Positions 17,620 through 26,690 of a stretch of 64,000 nucleotides of DNA are shown here, piece by piece. This DNA is from Candidatus Uhrbacteria bacterium (GTDB lineage: Bacteria; Patescibacteriota; Patescibacteriia; GWA2-47-26), in assembly GCA_016187515.1 (NCBI GenBank), contig JACPJN010000007.1, forward strand, positions 140,336 through 204,335, in the 5' to 3' direction. A program made the translations under genes and the position numbers. Below the pieces are notes generated by a model. The model was not told where the DNA came from. It searched no databases and saw nothing but the letters and a program-made list of their open reading frames with translations. Every line of letters starts with the position of its first letter. The stretch's first letter is position 1.

Positions 17620-18783
17620 CTATAGAATCTCCCCTGCGATCCGCTCCCGCACCACCGCAAGCGGAACACGGCGCAACGGAAGAAATATGAGATAAGAGAA
17701 GACGATGACCGCGAGAGACACCGAGTAGACCGCCTGTCCTTCAAAAAACACTGAAACAACAAGCGCCGCGGTAAACGCAATGCTTTGCACCATCCAAACC
17801 AGCGCCGAGACGGATTCGACATTTTGTTCGTTGGAGATATCGCCTACGAGCGCAAAGGTAATCGTGCGAGAAATTCCAAAGTTGAACGCGAGCAGAAGGA
17901 TCGCCGCCACCAGTACTGCCGGAACACGCGCGCCAAGCATAAGGCCAACCCCGGCAATGCTTAACACATACATCAGCGTGATCATGCCGCGCCGTCCGCG
18001 CAAATCAGAAAGTTTTCCAAATAGGTAAGCAAAAAGCATGGGCATGATATAAAAACTTCCCACAAGCAATCCAATCGCCCATACTCCAATGGTGCGCTTT
18101 ATCTCAAGAGGGACAATGCCGAGCATGAGCCCCTGAATGAAATTAAAAACAAACCAAATCGCCGACATCCGCAGCGCGGTACGACTGACCATCGCACGTC
18201 TCATCTCACGCCATTTATTGCTTTTCACCTCCACACGGATGTCATCGACGCGCCCAAGAAATGGCAATGCGACAAGCGGAACAAGCGCGAACAAGGCGAA
18301 CCCTCCGCGATAGCCCAGAATCGGAAGCAAGAGTCCCAGGAGCAATACTCCGCTTGCGGCGCCAACCGAAAAAAGCGTGGAAAAGAAACCGGCATTTGCG
18401 CCATACACCGCGGGGTCGCTGGCGCGAATAAGGTACGAATTCTGCGCGGTCCACAGCACCGCGCCAAACGCGCCAAGCAGCGCGGAAGCCGGATAAATCA
18501 GTGCCGGGTTTGCTGTCAGCAATGAAAGACAATAAAGCGTGTAAAAGAATACTGATCCAATCATGCTTCGCTTGGCGCCAATCTTGGAGATCACCACCGC
18601 GCCGATTGGATTTACCAGCGTGAAAACCGAGTACAGAATGATAAGCGAGACAAAACCAACTTGCTTGATCCCCGCCCCATCAAAAAACGTAGTCACGTAC
18701 TGCTGAACTCCGTCAAATCCGAAAAAGATAAGCAGGAATGCTGCGCTCAAGAGCTTGGCGTTTCGATTTATGGAATGTGCCAT
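17620..18783 (-). CDS. MFS transporter (UNC-93-like)
   Basis: ~12 TM segments, GKLSDLRGRR MFS motif, GAVLWTAQNSY. Confidence 0.88.
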   Translation of the reverse strand: MAHSINRNAKLLSAAFLLIFFGFDGVQQYVTTFFDGAGIKQVGFVSLIILYSVFTLVNPIGAVVISKIGAKRSMIGSVFFYTLYCLSLLTANPALIYPASALLGAFGAVLWTAQNSYLIRASDPAVYGANAGFFSTLFSVGAASGVLLLGLLLPILGYRGGFALFALVPLVALPFLGRVDDIRVEVKSNKWREMRRAMVSRTALRMSAIWFVFNFIQGLMLGIVPLEIKRTIGVWAIGLLVGSFYIMPMLFAYLFGKLSDLRGRRGMITLMYVLSIAGVGLMLGARVPAVLVAAILLLAFNFGISRTITFALVGDISNEQNVESVSALVWMVQSIAFTAALVVSVFFEGQAVYSVSLAVIVFSYLIFLPLRRVPLAVVRERIAGEIL

Positions 18784-18800
18784 ACTATTCCTCCGCCCCC

Positions 18801-18829
18801 ACCCTATCACCACGCGCGTCAGTTGTCAA
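18801..18829 (-). promoter_or_regulatory. Sigma70-type promoter for the MFS gene
   Basis: TTGACA, 17 bp, TGa-TAGGGT. Confidence 0.5.
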
Positions 18830-18854
18830 AAACAAAAAGAATCCCGTATCCATC

Positions 18855-19280
18855 TTACTTGTGTGTGGCAATAAACTTTGTAATCGCTTCGATATATTGC
18901 GGGTACTCGCGCACCGCATCACTTATCGCGTCATATAATACATCGTAGCGGATCCCGTCATATTCATGAATAAGGCGATTGCGAAGGCCGGCGGACTTGG
19001 CGACTTCACCGGCAAATTTCGCCGTAAGTACTCCAAACTCTGCGAGTTTCAAAAACGAATCTTCATAAGTATCTGGGGGAGCTTTTCCTGATTCCACTAA
19101 AAGATGACTATTGATATCAATCGCGCGATTCACAATATGTTCAAGCAAATGCTCGGTAACATGCCGTGTGCGTGAGTCCTCTAAAAATACTTCCCAATGC
19201 GGTGGTTTTTCCCGCCGAAGTTCTTCAAGATCCGCCTTGATTAATTTTAGTTTTTGCTCCACAAATTCTCGATCAATCAT
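18855..19280 (-). CDS. hepT: HEPN/DUF86 RNase toxin (type VII TA)
   Basis: RNRLIHEY = RX4HXY motif; coupled to an upstream nucleotidyltransferase. Confidence 0.9.
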   Translation of the reverse strand: MIDREFVEQKLKLIKADLEELRREKPPHWEVFLEDSRTRHVTEHLLEHIVNRAIDINSHLLVESGKAPPDTYEDSFLKLAEFGVLTAKFAGEVAKSAGLRNRLIHEYDGIRYDVLYDAISDAVREYPQYIEAITKFIATHK

Positions 19281-19684
19281 ACCGCACGGAGATATTTACG
19301 AGTAAGCGCGCGGAGATGCGCAGTATCTAAATATTCAGAAACTGCTCGCGTTCGAAATTGTGCCGCGGTTCTAGGATCGCCGTATAAAAGTTTCGAGGCG
19401 CGCACCAGCTGCATTTTAAGAAGCGGACTCGTATGCGTCAAAACCGTCAAGTCAACATTTTTTTTAAATACACGAGTTAAATCAGAAATAAGATCCAATT
19501 CGTCTTTATTGGAAAGCGACTTGGTTGGGAGCACGGCAATATCAAAATCACTATCCGGCCTGGCATGACCTTTTACGTAAGACCCAAATGCAAAGATAAG
19601 CGCAAGATGATATTGCGCCGCAATGCGATCTATCTCTTTAGTCGGTATATTCTTTAACTTCTCCATATGGTGTAATTCTACCAT
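19277..19684 (-). CDS. mntA: Minimal nucleotidyltransferase antitoxin
   Basis: FGSYVKGHARPDSDFD = GSX10DXD. Confidence 0.9.
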   Translation of the reverse strand: MVELHHMEKLKNIPTKEIDRIAAQYHLALIFAFGSYVKGHARPDSDFDIAVLPTKSLSNKDELDLISDLTRVFKKNVDLTVLTHTSPLLKMQLVRASKLLYGDPRTAAQFRTRAVSEYLDTAHLRALTRKYLRAV

Positions 19685-19701
19685 ACCTCCAATAATCAGT
19701 C

Positions 19702-19737
19702 AAAAACAAAAGCCGCCCGTGTTGTGCCACGCGCGGC
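19702..19737 (-). terminator. Intrinsic terminator after the HAD gene
   Basis: Minus strand GCCGCGCGTG...CACGGGCGGC followed by TTTTGTTTTT. Confidence 0.7.
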
Positions 19738-19760
19738 AGTAACCCCCTATCGTTTGTGTA

Positions 19761-20399
19761 CTACTTGAACAATCCGTGCTCGCGCAGGGCGGCGCGGAGT
19801 TTTTGTACGCCCACAACCGGGGTGGGGTCGTACTGGTGCGTCTGCAAGCCGGCGCGGCGGGCCGCTTCGCAGTTGGCCAGCGCATCGTCCACAAGGAGAA
19901 TCGCGGATGGATCTTTGTCCTGCCAGTGAAGCGCCTTAAGGATCACCGGCCAGGCGCCTTCATCGGTCTTGGTCTTGCCGATGTCGTGTGAACGAACGAC
20001 CTGACCGAACCGCTTCTCAAGCTCGATGAGTTGCATCTCCCGCATGGTCTGCCACTTGTTGGTGGTCGTGACAAACGCAAGCGGAACCTTGACCATCTTG
20101 AGTCCATCAAGCAGGTTCACCACAACATCATCAACGATGTAAATGTGCGCATCGTGGGCGGCGCGCAACTCGATGTAGCCCAGCCAGCTGTTCTTGAGAT
20201 GGCGAGATCCGAGCCGGTTTGCAAACTCCGTACCAGTCAGCTTCCCTCGCGCGAAGTCGGCGTAATCCTCGTTCCGAAAAAATTGCACCGCGACATCGGG
20301 GGGGATGCCGTAGTCCTCGAGGATCGCCCATGTAATGGCATGCGTTGCGCGCACGATCACGTTGCCGACGTCAAAGAGCACAAATTGGATTTGGGTCAT
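19761..20399 (-). CDS. HAD-superfamily phosphatase (YihX-like)
   Basis: LFDVGNVI, TTTN, GKTK and LVDD..N motifs; AAGGAG RBS. Confidence 0.88.
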   Translation of the reverse strand: MTQIQFVLFDVGNVIVRATHAITWAILEDYGIPPDVAVQFFRNEDYADFARGKLTGTEFANRLGSRHLKNSWLGYIELRAAHDAHIYIVDDVVVNLLDGLKMVKVPLAFVTTTNKWQTMREMQLIELEKRFGQVVRSHDIGKTKTDEGAWPVILKALHWQDKDPSAILLVDDALANCEAARRAGLQTHQYDPTPVVGVQKLRAALREHGLFK

Positions 20400-20420
20400 C
20401 GAGCTTCTCCTTGTCTGTTA

Positions 20421-20533
20421 TTGTCATTTCGACCAAGCGAGCCGGGCGAGCGCGTGGAGAAATCTCTACCGCCAGGCATACCATGGTGTAGGGATCTCTC
20501 GCCCCGACTTTATGTCGGGGCTCGAGATGACGA
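20421..20533. repeat. GTCAT...ATGAC-bounded REP/MITE-like palindromic element
   Basis: TTGTCATTTCGA ... TCGAGATGACGA terminal inverted repeats with internal hairpin GCCCCGAC-TTTAT-GTCGGGGC. Confidence 0.75.
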
Positions 20534-20539
20534 AAATGG

Positions 20540-21490
20540 TTACTTCAGCCACCCCAGCGCCTCCAGCACGGCGCGGCCGATATGGGTTACGGCCAGCGCG
20601 CGGTTTTCGCCGTCAAGCACAAAGTGGTGACCAAAGTCATTCAGCCCGCCCTCGAAATTGAGGGCGAACACGACCGGCGAACGATCCGGACGCGGCGCGA
20701 TTGCGACCATGCGGCGGCGCATGGGCGTGCCGTTATGCGTCTCCAGGTCGCGGAACTTCCAACCCGTACCTTCAAGCTGCAACTTGGCTACGCTCGTGAT
20801 GGCAAAATCGCCAACCGGGCCGGCGGTTACAACACCGGCCTGGCCATTGAGAGTGTCGCGACCAACTGTAAGCAGCTCAAGTCCCACATCCCGGCTGAAA
20901 AAACTCGTAGACGGACTGACGTCTCCCTCTGGACGAGCAATGAAAGGATCCCACGCCTGCGTCTGCACGACGTCAAACTTTTCCTGATGATCTGTCAGCT
21001 CTCTGGGGAGCACGAAACGCGCCCGACCATCTTCCTTATACACCCCCATCTCCACCATCTCGCCGATCTGGTCGACCAAGAGATTTACGGTCTCGGCCAT
21101 TCCGCCGGACGGCTCGGCATCGTTTTGCCGCCCAGGCGCGCCGGTATTGCGCACGTGCATGATCGCGACCCACTCCGGAAACGCCGGCTCGGGCATGTAC
21201 CCGAAGTACTTTTCCAAAAGCCGCGACATGCGCCGCTCGTCCAGATGAGCGAGCGCCACCCACCGCACGAGCATCGCAGTTGCGCCGCCAAAGTGCGCCA
21301 CACCTTCAAACTTGCCCGGCTTGCGCTCCTTGTGGACGCGCTCAAGCGTATCCACGTCGAGTCCCGCTTTTCTTGCCGCATCCGGATCCGGCGGCTTGGG
21401 TGTGGTCATAACCTGCAGATCGCGCGTTTGCGCCACGATCCGACCGTCTTGCGTCACTTCTCCGAAAACGATTCCTTTGGTCCAGGGCAT
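20540..21490 (-). CDS. Hypothetical protein (possible degenerate Nudix fold)
   Basis: AAGGAG RBS before MPWTKG, protein-like composition, co-oriented with HAD gene. Confidence 0.7.
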   Translation of the reverse strand: MPWTKGIVFGEVTQDGRIVAQTRDLQVMTTPKPPDPDAARKAGLDVDTLERVHKERKPGKFEGVAHFGGATAMLVRWVALAHLDERRMSRLLEKYFGYMPEPAFPEWVAIMHVRNTGAPGRQNDAEPSGGMAETVNLLVDQIGEMVEMGVYKEDGRARFVLPRELTDHQEKFDVVQTQAWDPFIARPEGDVSPSTSFFSRDVGLELLTVGRDTLNGQAGVVTAGPVGDFAITSVAKLQLEGTGWKFRDLETHNGTPMRRRMVAIAPRPDRSPVVFALNFEGGLNDFGHHFVLDGENRALAVTHIGRAVLEALGWLK

Positions 21491-21541
21491 TGGTTTTCTC
21501 CTTGTGTTGTGGGGGGTTTCGTGGTTGTCAATGAAATGAAC

Positions 21542-21594
21542 AAGCATCCCTTTTGGGATGCTTCTACCTTACATAAAACGCTACACCGTGTCAA
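21542..21594 (-). promoter_or_regulatory. Promoter plus 5' hairpin/operator
   Basis: TTGACA (21594-21589), 17 bp, TAAGGT (21571-21566); AAGCATCCC-TTTT-GGGATGCTT at 21542-21563. Confidence 0.6.
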
Positions 21595-22430
21595 GTCCAG
21601 GAAAGCATTGCCCGCACTGGCAGATGATCGGAAACGTCTACCTCCGGCGCATCAATGGACTCCACGCGAAAATGCGGCGAGGTGTAGATAAAGTCCACCA
21701 ATCGCCCGGCGCCGAGAACCTCCGCGGCGCGGTGCGTGCGAAGATTAAGGGTATTGTTGATGCCCGAACCATAGCAGGTATTACTCGCCGCCTTATCAAG
21801 AATCCGTATCACTTCCGAACCCGGCTCCATATTAAAATCACCGCCCAGTATAAATGGCTCATCGCCAAGTCCCCGCAGATACTCCGCGAGCAGGCGTGCC
21901 TGACGAATTTTTTCCGGCGTATCAACTGGAGCTTTGGTCCAAGCGCCATGAGTGGAAAGTATATGGAAAATACCCTCTCCCACCCCCTCTTCTCCCACCA
22001 CCCCCCGCCCCTCCTCTGGCAGGAGGGGAGACCCCCCTCGGGCAGGGGGAGAAAAACGCACGATTACGTCCAGCGCATTGCGCGGCATTTCCGGCCCGTC
22101 TTTTTCCCAAAGCAAATCCGAATAATCACGATATGCTTTTAACTGAACCGTATTACTGGCTAGGATTTTACCGCGAGCAAGCACCGCGTTACTTTCATAC
22201 GAAGATGAGTCGCCAATCAAACGAAACATCGGGGCTACAACCCCTTCAAGACCCAAGGCACTCCTAAGGTGCTGAAAAATATCCATACGCTGATCAGCCC
22301 AAAAGTTAACCCGCCCGCCAGAAACCTCCTGCATGGTAATGATATCCGGCTGCTCGCCGCGCAAAAACGAAATCAACTTATCCAAGAATTTACCGTGATA
22401 GATATTGATCTGAATGACTTTCAACCGCAT
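21591..22430 (-). CDS. Endonuclease/exonuclease/phosphatase (EEP) family protein
   Basis: PDIITMQEV, GGDFN, VDFIY and SDHLPV. Confidence 0.92.
   Translation of the reverse strand: MRLKVIQINIYHGKFLDKLISFLRGEQPDIITMQEVSGGRVNFWADQRMDIFQHLRSALGLEGVVAPMFRLIGDSSSYESNAVLARGKILASNTVQLKAYRDYSDLLWEKDGPEMPRNALDVIVRFSPPARGGSPLLPEEGRGVVGEEGVGEGIFHILSTHGAWTKAPVDTPEKIRQARLLAEYLRGLGDEPFILGGDFNMEPGSEVIRILDKAASNTCYGSGINNTLNLRTHRAAEVLGAGRLVDFIYTSPHFRVESIDAPEVDVSDHLPVRAMLSWT
21973..22052. repeat. Nested CCCCTC/GAGGGG element, in frame in EEP gene
   Basis: Two C/G-run hairpins; encodes SPPARGGSPLLPEEGRGVVGEEGVGEG. Confidence 0.85.
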
Positions 22431-22431
22431 A

Positions 22432-23316
22432 CTAAATAATTTTATGGCGTCGCGCCAGCTCGGACATGGTGATTATTTTCCGGCCGCTTTGCAGGATATT
22501 CTCAATGGCCCGCTCCAAGTGGTGGATTTTTTCTTCCAAAGGCGTACCCAGCCGCTCTAGCGGAACTTTTCGTCCGGGATCAAGATCGCGGCGATCCATC
22601 AGATCCGCCGGATGGATTAAATAGTAAAACGCATCAATCTCCCGCAGGCAGGACTTAAGCAGTTGCAGATGCCGCTTCCAACCAATCATAAATCCCAGCG
22701 TATGCCAACAGGCGACTCGGAAGCGATTGGTCGGCAAGGGCAGGACGGTCACTCCTTGTTTCTGACATACTCCTCGCGTTCCAAACGCAAGCGTGAGCCA
22801 ATCCTTGCGCTTCAATATAGCAAAGAATTTTTTGTTTCCCAGATGATTGTACAGATTTTTTGCAATTACTGGAAACATGATCCATGAAGGAAATATGGAT
22901 GTATCATACTCATACCCGAGTTCGCTAAGCACTGTATAAAGTGTCCGAGACGTATTCCAGGCAGGTGAGATAAATCCTCTAGGCGCGCTCCCCGTAGTTT
23001 CTGCAATGGCATCGTGCGCGTGTTTCACATCTTCGTAGATCGCCGCGCGTGACATTGCGCCCAAATCCATCTGATGCAGCCAAGAATGGTTTCCTATCTC
23101 ATGTCCATCGCGTGCCCACGCGCGGACCCGCTCACGATTTTCGGGCTTTTCCAAATCCTTTCCCACCACATAAATACTGTATTTGAAATCATATTTGCGC
23201 GCGATCTGAAAAAAACGATCCGCGATTTGAAAAAAAGACGGGTCCGGGTATCCCGACGGCCATCCGTATGCCTCTCCAAGCGAGTCAAGATTCAAGCTAA
23301 TCGCGGCGTACTGCAT
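22432..23316 (-). CDS. Polysaccharide deacetylase (CE4)
   Basis: GHEIGNHSWLH, GFISPAW, YEYDTSIFP and YLIHP. Confidence 0.88.
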   Translation of the reverse strand: MQYAAISLNLDSLGEAYGWPSGYPDPSFFQIADRFFQIARKYDFKYSIYVVGKDLEKPENRERVRAWARDGHEIGNHSWLHQMDLGAMSRAAIYEDVKHAHDAIAETTGSAPRGFISPAWNTSRTLYTVLSELGYEYDTSIFPSWIMFPVIAKNLYNHLGNKKFFAILKRKDWLTLAFGTRGVCQKQGVTVLPLPTNRFRVACWHTLGFMIGWKRHLQLLKSCLREIDAFYYLIHPADLMDRRDLDPGRKVPLERLGTPLEEKIHHLERAIENILQSGRKIITMSELARRHKII

Positions 23317-24082
23317 ACAATAGATCACTCCATTTAGCAATGCTACAATCGTTCTTTTTTACATCCACGCGCGTCGGAAGGCCAGAATAACTAGATGGGA
23401 TATCCGGACGCGGGTTTTGATATTCTCCGCGCACAAGGCGCTCCACCGCGCGCGACGCAAGATCGGGGAAATCGCGAAACACTTGGATATAAAACCGCAG
23501 CATGGATTGGTTGCGAGCATATTCTTTCTGCACCAGGATTTTTCCGGCATCAATCTTCTCCTCTACCTGATGAAAGGTTACGCCAGTCGGCTGATTGTGC
23601 GCGTGCGCCCAAAAATACGGAAACAATCCGCGACAGGACGGCAACATGGCCGCGTGCTTGTTAATAATGCCGACTCGCGGCGCGCCAATAATTTCTTTTT
23701 TAAGCACCTGGCCCACGGTAATCAATACCACATCAATCTTATTATCTTTGATCCATTGCGTTACGGCAGGATCGTTGGGGGTATCGGCGGTATGCAGGGT
23801 TAGGCCGTGTTTATTCGACAACTGTCGCCAGGTTTTTATACCGGAGCATAACTGCACTAGACGAGTTTTAGACGCATACAATCCAAGAATCACAAAATTC
23901 CAAAACCCGAAAACTCGCCGGTACCATAATGAGATCCGCGCACCTTTGAATTTCCCCAGCTGATCCGGAAACACATACAATCCCACTACCCGATACTGCT
24001 TTTGCAACTCTGGGATGGCGCGCTTCCAGGCCGGAAACGCCCAAGTATAATCATTGGCTGTAAAAATGGCAAGGCGGATCAT
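23297..24082 (-). CDS. Formyltransferase family protein
   Basis: IINKHAAMLPSCRGLFP, GVTFH and IDAGKI. Confidence 0.88.
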   Translation of the reverse strand: MIRLAIFTANDYTWAFPAWKRAIPELQKQYRVVGLYVFPDQLGKFKGARISLWYRRVFGFWNFVILGLYASKTRLVQLCSGIKTWRQLSNKHGLTLHTADTPNDPAVTQWIKDNKIDVVLITVGQVLKKEIIGAPRVGIINKHAAMLPSCRGLFPYFWAHAHNQPTGVTFHQVEEKIDAGKILVQKEYARNQSMLRFYIQVFRDFPDLASRAVERLVRGEYQNPRPDIPSSYSGLPTRVDVKKNDCSIAKWSDLLYAVRRD

Positions 24083-24099
24083 GTCTAAACAGTTCACGA

Positions 24100-25251
24100 T
24101 TAAAATCCAAAAAATCCTAAAATCTTTTTCGCTGTCCGTTTCATCTTGGAAGGCCAAAATACTCTTCGACTGCCATCCGTATAAACACTCTTCTCTAACA
24201 CCATGGTGCGGTAGTATTCCAATGTTTGTTTTTCTTTAACGTATTCTTTAAAAAATGGGGAGTGATCAGCAATAATAAGATCAAGCTCTTTCGGACTTTC
24301 CGTAAATGCGGCGTGATTTTCAAAATAGTGCGCGTCCAGGGTGCGATAGTAAATACCGTTTTTTTTGATTACGGCCCAAATATTGATGGTTTGATTCACC
24401 CGCGGCGCAAAATCAGTATGCTCCTCCGCGATAAGATAGGGCCGCTCCTTTTCGGAAAACAAAGAAATTCCGTCAATATTCTCCGCCACCGGCGCCCCGA
24501 TAATTTCGCACAGCGTCGGATAAATATCCATGACGGATGAAAACCGTTCGCTGACGACCAGGCCGCGGTCAGCTTTCTTTCTGTGCAATAAAAAAGTATT
24601 GGTGCGAGCTTTATTTAAAAGCAGATAAGCCGGTTCTTTCTTAAACTCGCGGCGCAGCTTAAAGCCATGATCGGAGAAAATCAGAAGGTGATCAAAGTCG
24701 TCAACATTCAGATCGCGGCGAAGTATCCGTAGGGAATTCGCGACTTTTTGATGTCCTTTTTTGACAAACCGCGGATAATAATCAAAATCATCCATCGCAT
24801 AGTGAAAATCTGCTAAAGAAATATAGACCAAACTTTTATCTTTAATGTCCAATCCTTGTAAAAATTTCTCCAGATTCAGATCTGTATTGTGTACTCCTCT
24901 GGAGTTAAATCCCGGGGGGAATACCCCATTCCTTTTTTCATTCGGATTATTGAAAAAAGATAAATTAAAGCCATGTTCCAACAAAATTTCCAGGATATTT
25001 TTTCCGTCATTTTTCAAAAAAAATCCCGGATATTTTATCCGTTTATCACAGCCATTTTTGTAAGGATACTTTCCTGACCAAACACACGCCAAACTCCTGG
25101 CCGTGTCCGGGGCCGGCGTAAAACAATTTCGATATAATGTCCCGCCGATCTTTTCAAATTCTTCATCCAGCGACCCCTTCTCCCGAGTGCGGTTCACGAC
25201 ATGCAGCATCTCCGGCCGCAGCATGTCTATAAAAATAATGAGAATCTTCAT
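24100..25251 (-). CDS. Alkaline-phosphatase-superfamily (sulfatase-like) hydrolase/transferase
   Basis: IFIDMLR, TPAPDTARS, FSDHG, DIYPTL and IDGISL. Confidence 0.82.
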   Translation of the reverse strand: MKILIIFIDMLRPEMLHVVNRTREKGSLDEEFEKIGGTLYRNCFTPAPDTARSLACVWSGKYPYKNGCDKRIKYPGFFLKNDGKNILEILLEHGFNLSFFNNPNEKRNGVFPPGFNSRGVHNTDLNLEKFLQGLDIKDKSLVYISLADFHYAMDDFDYYPRFVKKGHQKVANSLRILRRDLNVDDFDHLLIFSDHGFKLRREFKKEPAYLLLNKARTNTFLLHRKKADRGLVVSERFSSVMDIYPTLCEIIGAPVAENIDGISLFSEKERPYLIAEEHTDFAPRVNQTINIWAVIKKNGIYYRTLDAHYFENHAAFTESPKELDLIIADHSPFFKEYVKEKQTLEYYRTMVLEKSVYTDGSRRVFWPSKMKRTAKKILGFFGF

Positions 25252-25940
25252 ACCCGCATTACAACATTAAAGTTAAACGGGCTATTGCCGTAACCCTGTA
25301 TCTCCTGTCTGGATATTTCCACCTCCGCGCCATAGTGCGCTCCCAATTCTTCAAACCATTCCTTACTGTAGTATAAACGGGGCAAATCCTTGTACTTCTG
25401 ATCATACTCGTTTGGGCTAAGCTTTCCCCGCCGTACATTTTCCGCCTCCATCTCCAGCGCTTTGTTTGGCACATCCAAAACCGCTATTGATTTTTTTGCT
25501 TTTTTTATCATCCGCGCAATAACTGCTTCGGCGTAGGCAAGTGTGGAAAAATACTGAAACACGCTGTTGGAAAAGACCACGTCATACAAGGGTTCCTCTT
25601 CCAGAGCCACTGCCTCGCGACAGATAAAGTCACTTCCCATGGTCTTACACGCCTCTTCAATAAGTACAGGTGAATAATCTAATCCCCCAACCCGGTGACC
25701 TGACTGCCAAAACGGATACAAAAACGCTCCGCTCCCGCATCCTACTTCATACAACGAATCGCCTGCTTTTATGCCAAGGTTTTCGGCAATGCGTTTCGCG
25801 TACATTTCCCAATCCGCGACTTCTACCGCACCGGCTCCGGTATCAAAACCATCCAGGCGAATCAAACGCTCGAGCGTATTTATCGCCGCGGGACTGGCGG
25901 ACCGTGAGTCCCAAATTTTTTTCCACCGATTACTGTCCAT
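25248..25940 (-). CDS. Class I SAM-dependent methyltransferase
   Basis: YEVGCGSG, GLDYS and NSVFQY. Confidence 0.9.
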   Translation of the reverse strand: MDSNRWKKIWDSRSASPAAINTLERLIRLDGFDTGAGAVEVADWEMYAKRIAENLGIKAGDSLYEVGCGSGAFLYPFWQSGHRVGGLDYSPVLIEEACKTMGSDFICREAVALEEEPLYDVVFSNSVFQYFSTLAYAEAVIARMIKKAKKSIAVLDVPNKALEMEAENVRRGKLSPNEYDQKYKDLPRLYYSKEWFEELGAHYGAEVEISRQEIQGYGNSPFNFNVVMRV

Positions 25941-25943
25941 AAG

Positions 25944-26690
25944 TTATTTTGTAAGACGCGGATAAATAACCTCTCGCGCGCGCTTTAAATCCTCTTCACG
26001 ATCAATCTCAATCCACGGAAAAGCTGTAGGGAGCGTATAGACCGGCAAGTCCTCGGTCGTAGCGCGCATAACACACTCTTCATAATGATAAAGGCGTTCC
26101 CCTCGCGCGTAATCGTCTTCGGCGGTTTTAAAAAGGTGTTCTAAAAAATTCGCGGAAAAACGGGAAATGCCCACCATCTCGCCGCAGGCCTGACGCTTTT
26201 GATCATCGGATAATTGCTTTCCCAGCGCGCGAAGTTGATTCCGTTTATCAGCGCACACATACACTTCATCTCCTGAACCGGAAAGCGGTGAGACCAGCAT
26301 TACATTCCGGTGCGGCGAGCGAAGCGCGATATCAATAAGCTGTTGATCATAGAGAAGATCGGATTCCAGAAGAAGCACCGCGCTATTTTTAACCGCCTCT
26401 TTTGTCTTTGAAAACGAATACATACTGCCCGTCACCGCGTATTCTGCGTTTAAAATATAGCGCAACGGCATTCCTTGAAAATTATCCCCAAAACGAGTTT
26501 GGATCATCTCATGAAGGTATCCTGCCGCGATAACAACTTCGGACATACCGGCTTGCTTGAGCGCTAGAAAAGATCGTTCGAGCAAAGTTTTACCGTCAAC
26601 TTCCAAAAGACCCTTGGGCAGTTTTTGAGTCCGCGGTCGCAAACGCAGTCCCATCCCGGCCGCGAGAATAACCGCTTTTAAATTGCTCAT
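25944..26690 (-). CDS. Phosphocholine/phosphonate cytidylyltransferase (LicC/PntC-like)
   Basis: ILAAGMGLRL..PKGLL, ESDLLYD, GEMVGI and WIEIDREED; adjacent to AEP genes. Confidence 0.88.
   Translation of the reverse strand: MSNLKAVILAAGMGLRLRPRTQKLPKGLLEVDGKTLLERSFLALKQAGMSEVVIAAGYLHEMIQTRFGDNFQGMPLRYILNAEYAVTGSMYSFSKTKEAVKNSAVLLLESDLLYDQQLIDIALRSPHRNVMLVSPLSGSGDEVYVCADKRNQLRALGKQLSDDQKRQACGEMVGISRFSANFLEHLFKTAEDDYARGERLYHYEECVMRATTEDLPVYTLPTAFPWIEIDREEDLKRAREVIYPRLTK

Noticed and set aside
20582-21691. 369 aa + strand ORF
   Set aside because: Antisense shadow of the GC-rich minus-strand gene, which has the RBS, promoter and operon context.
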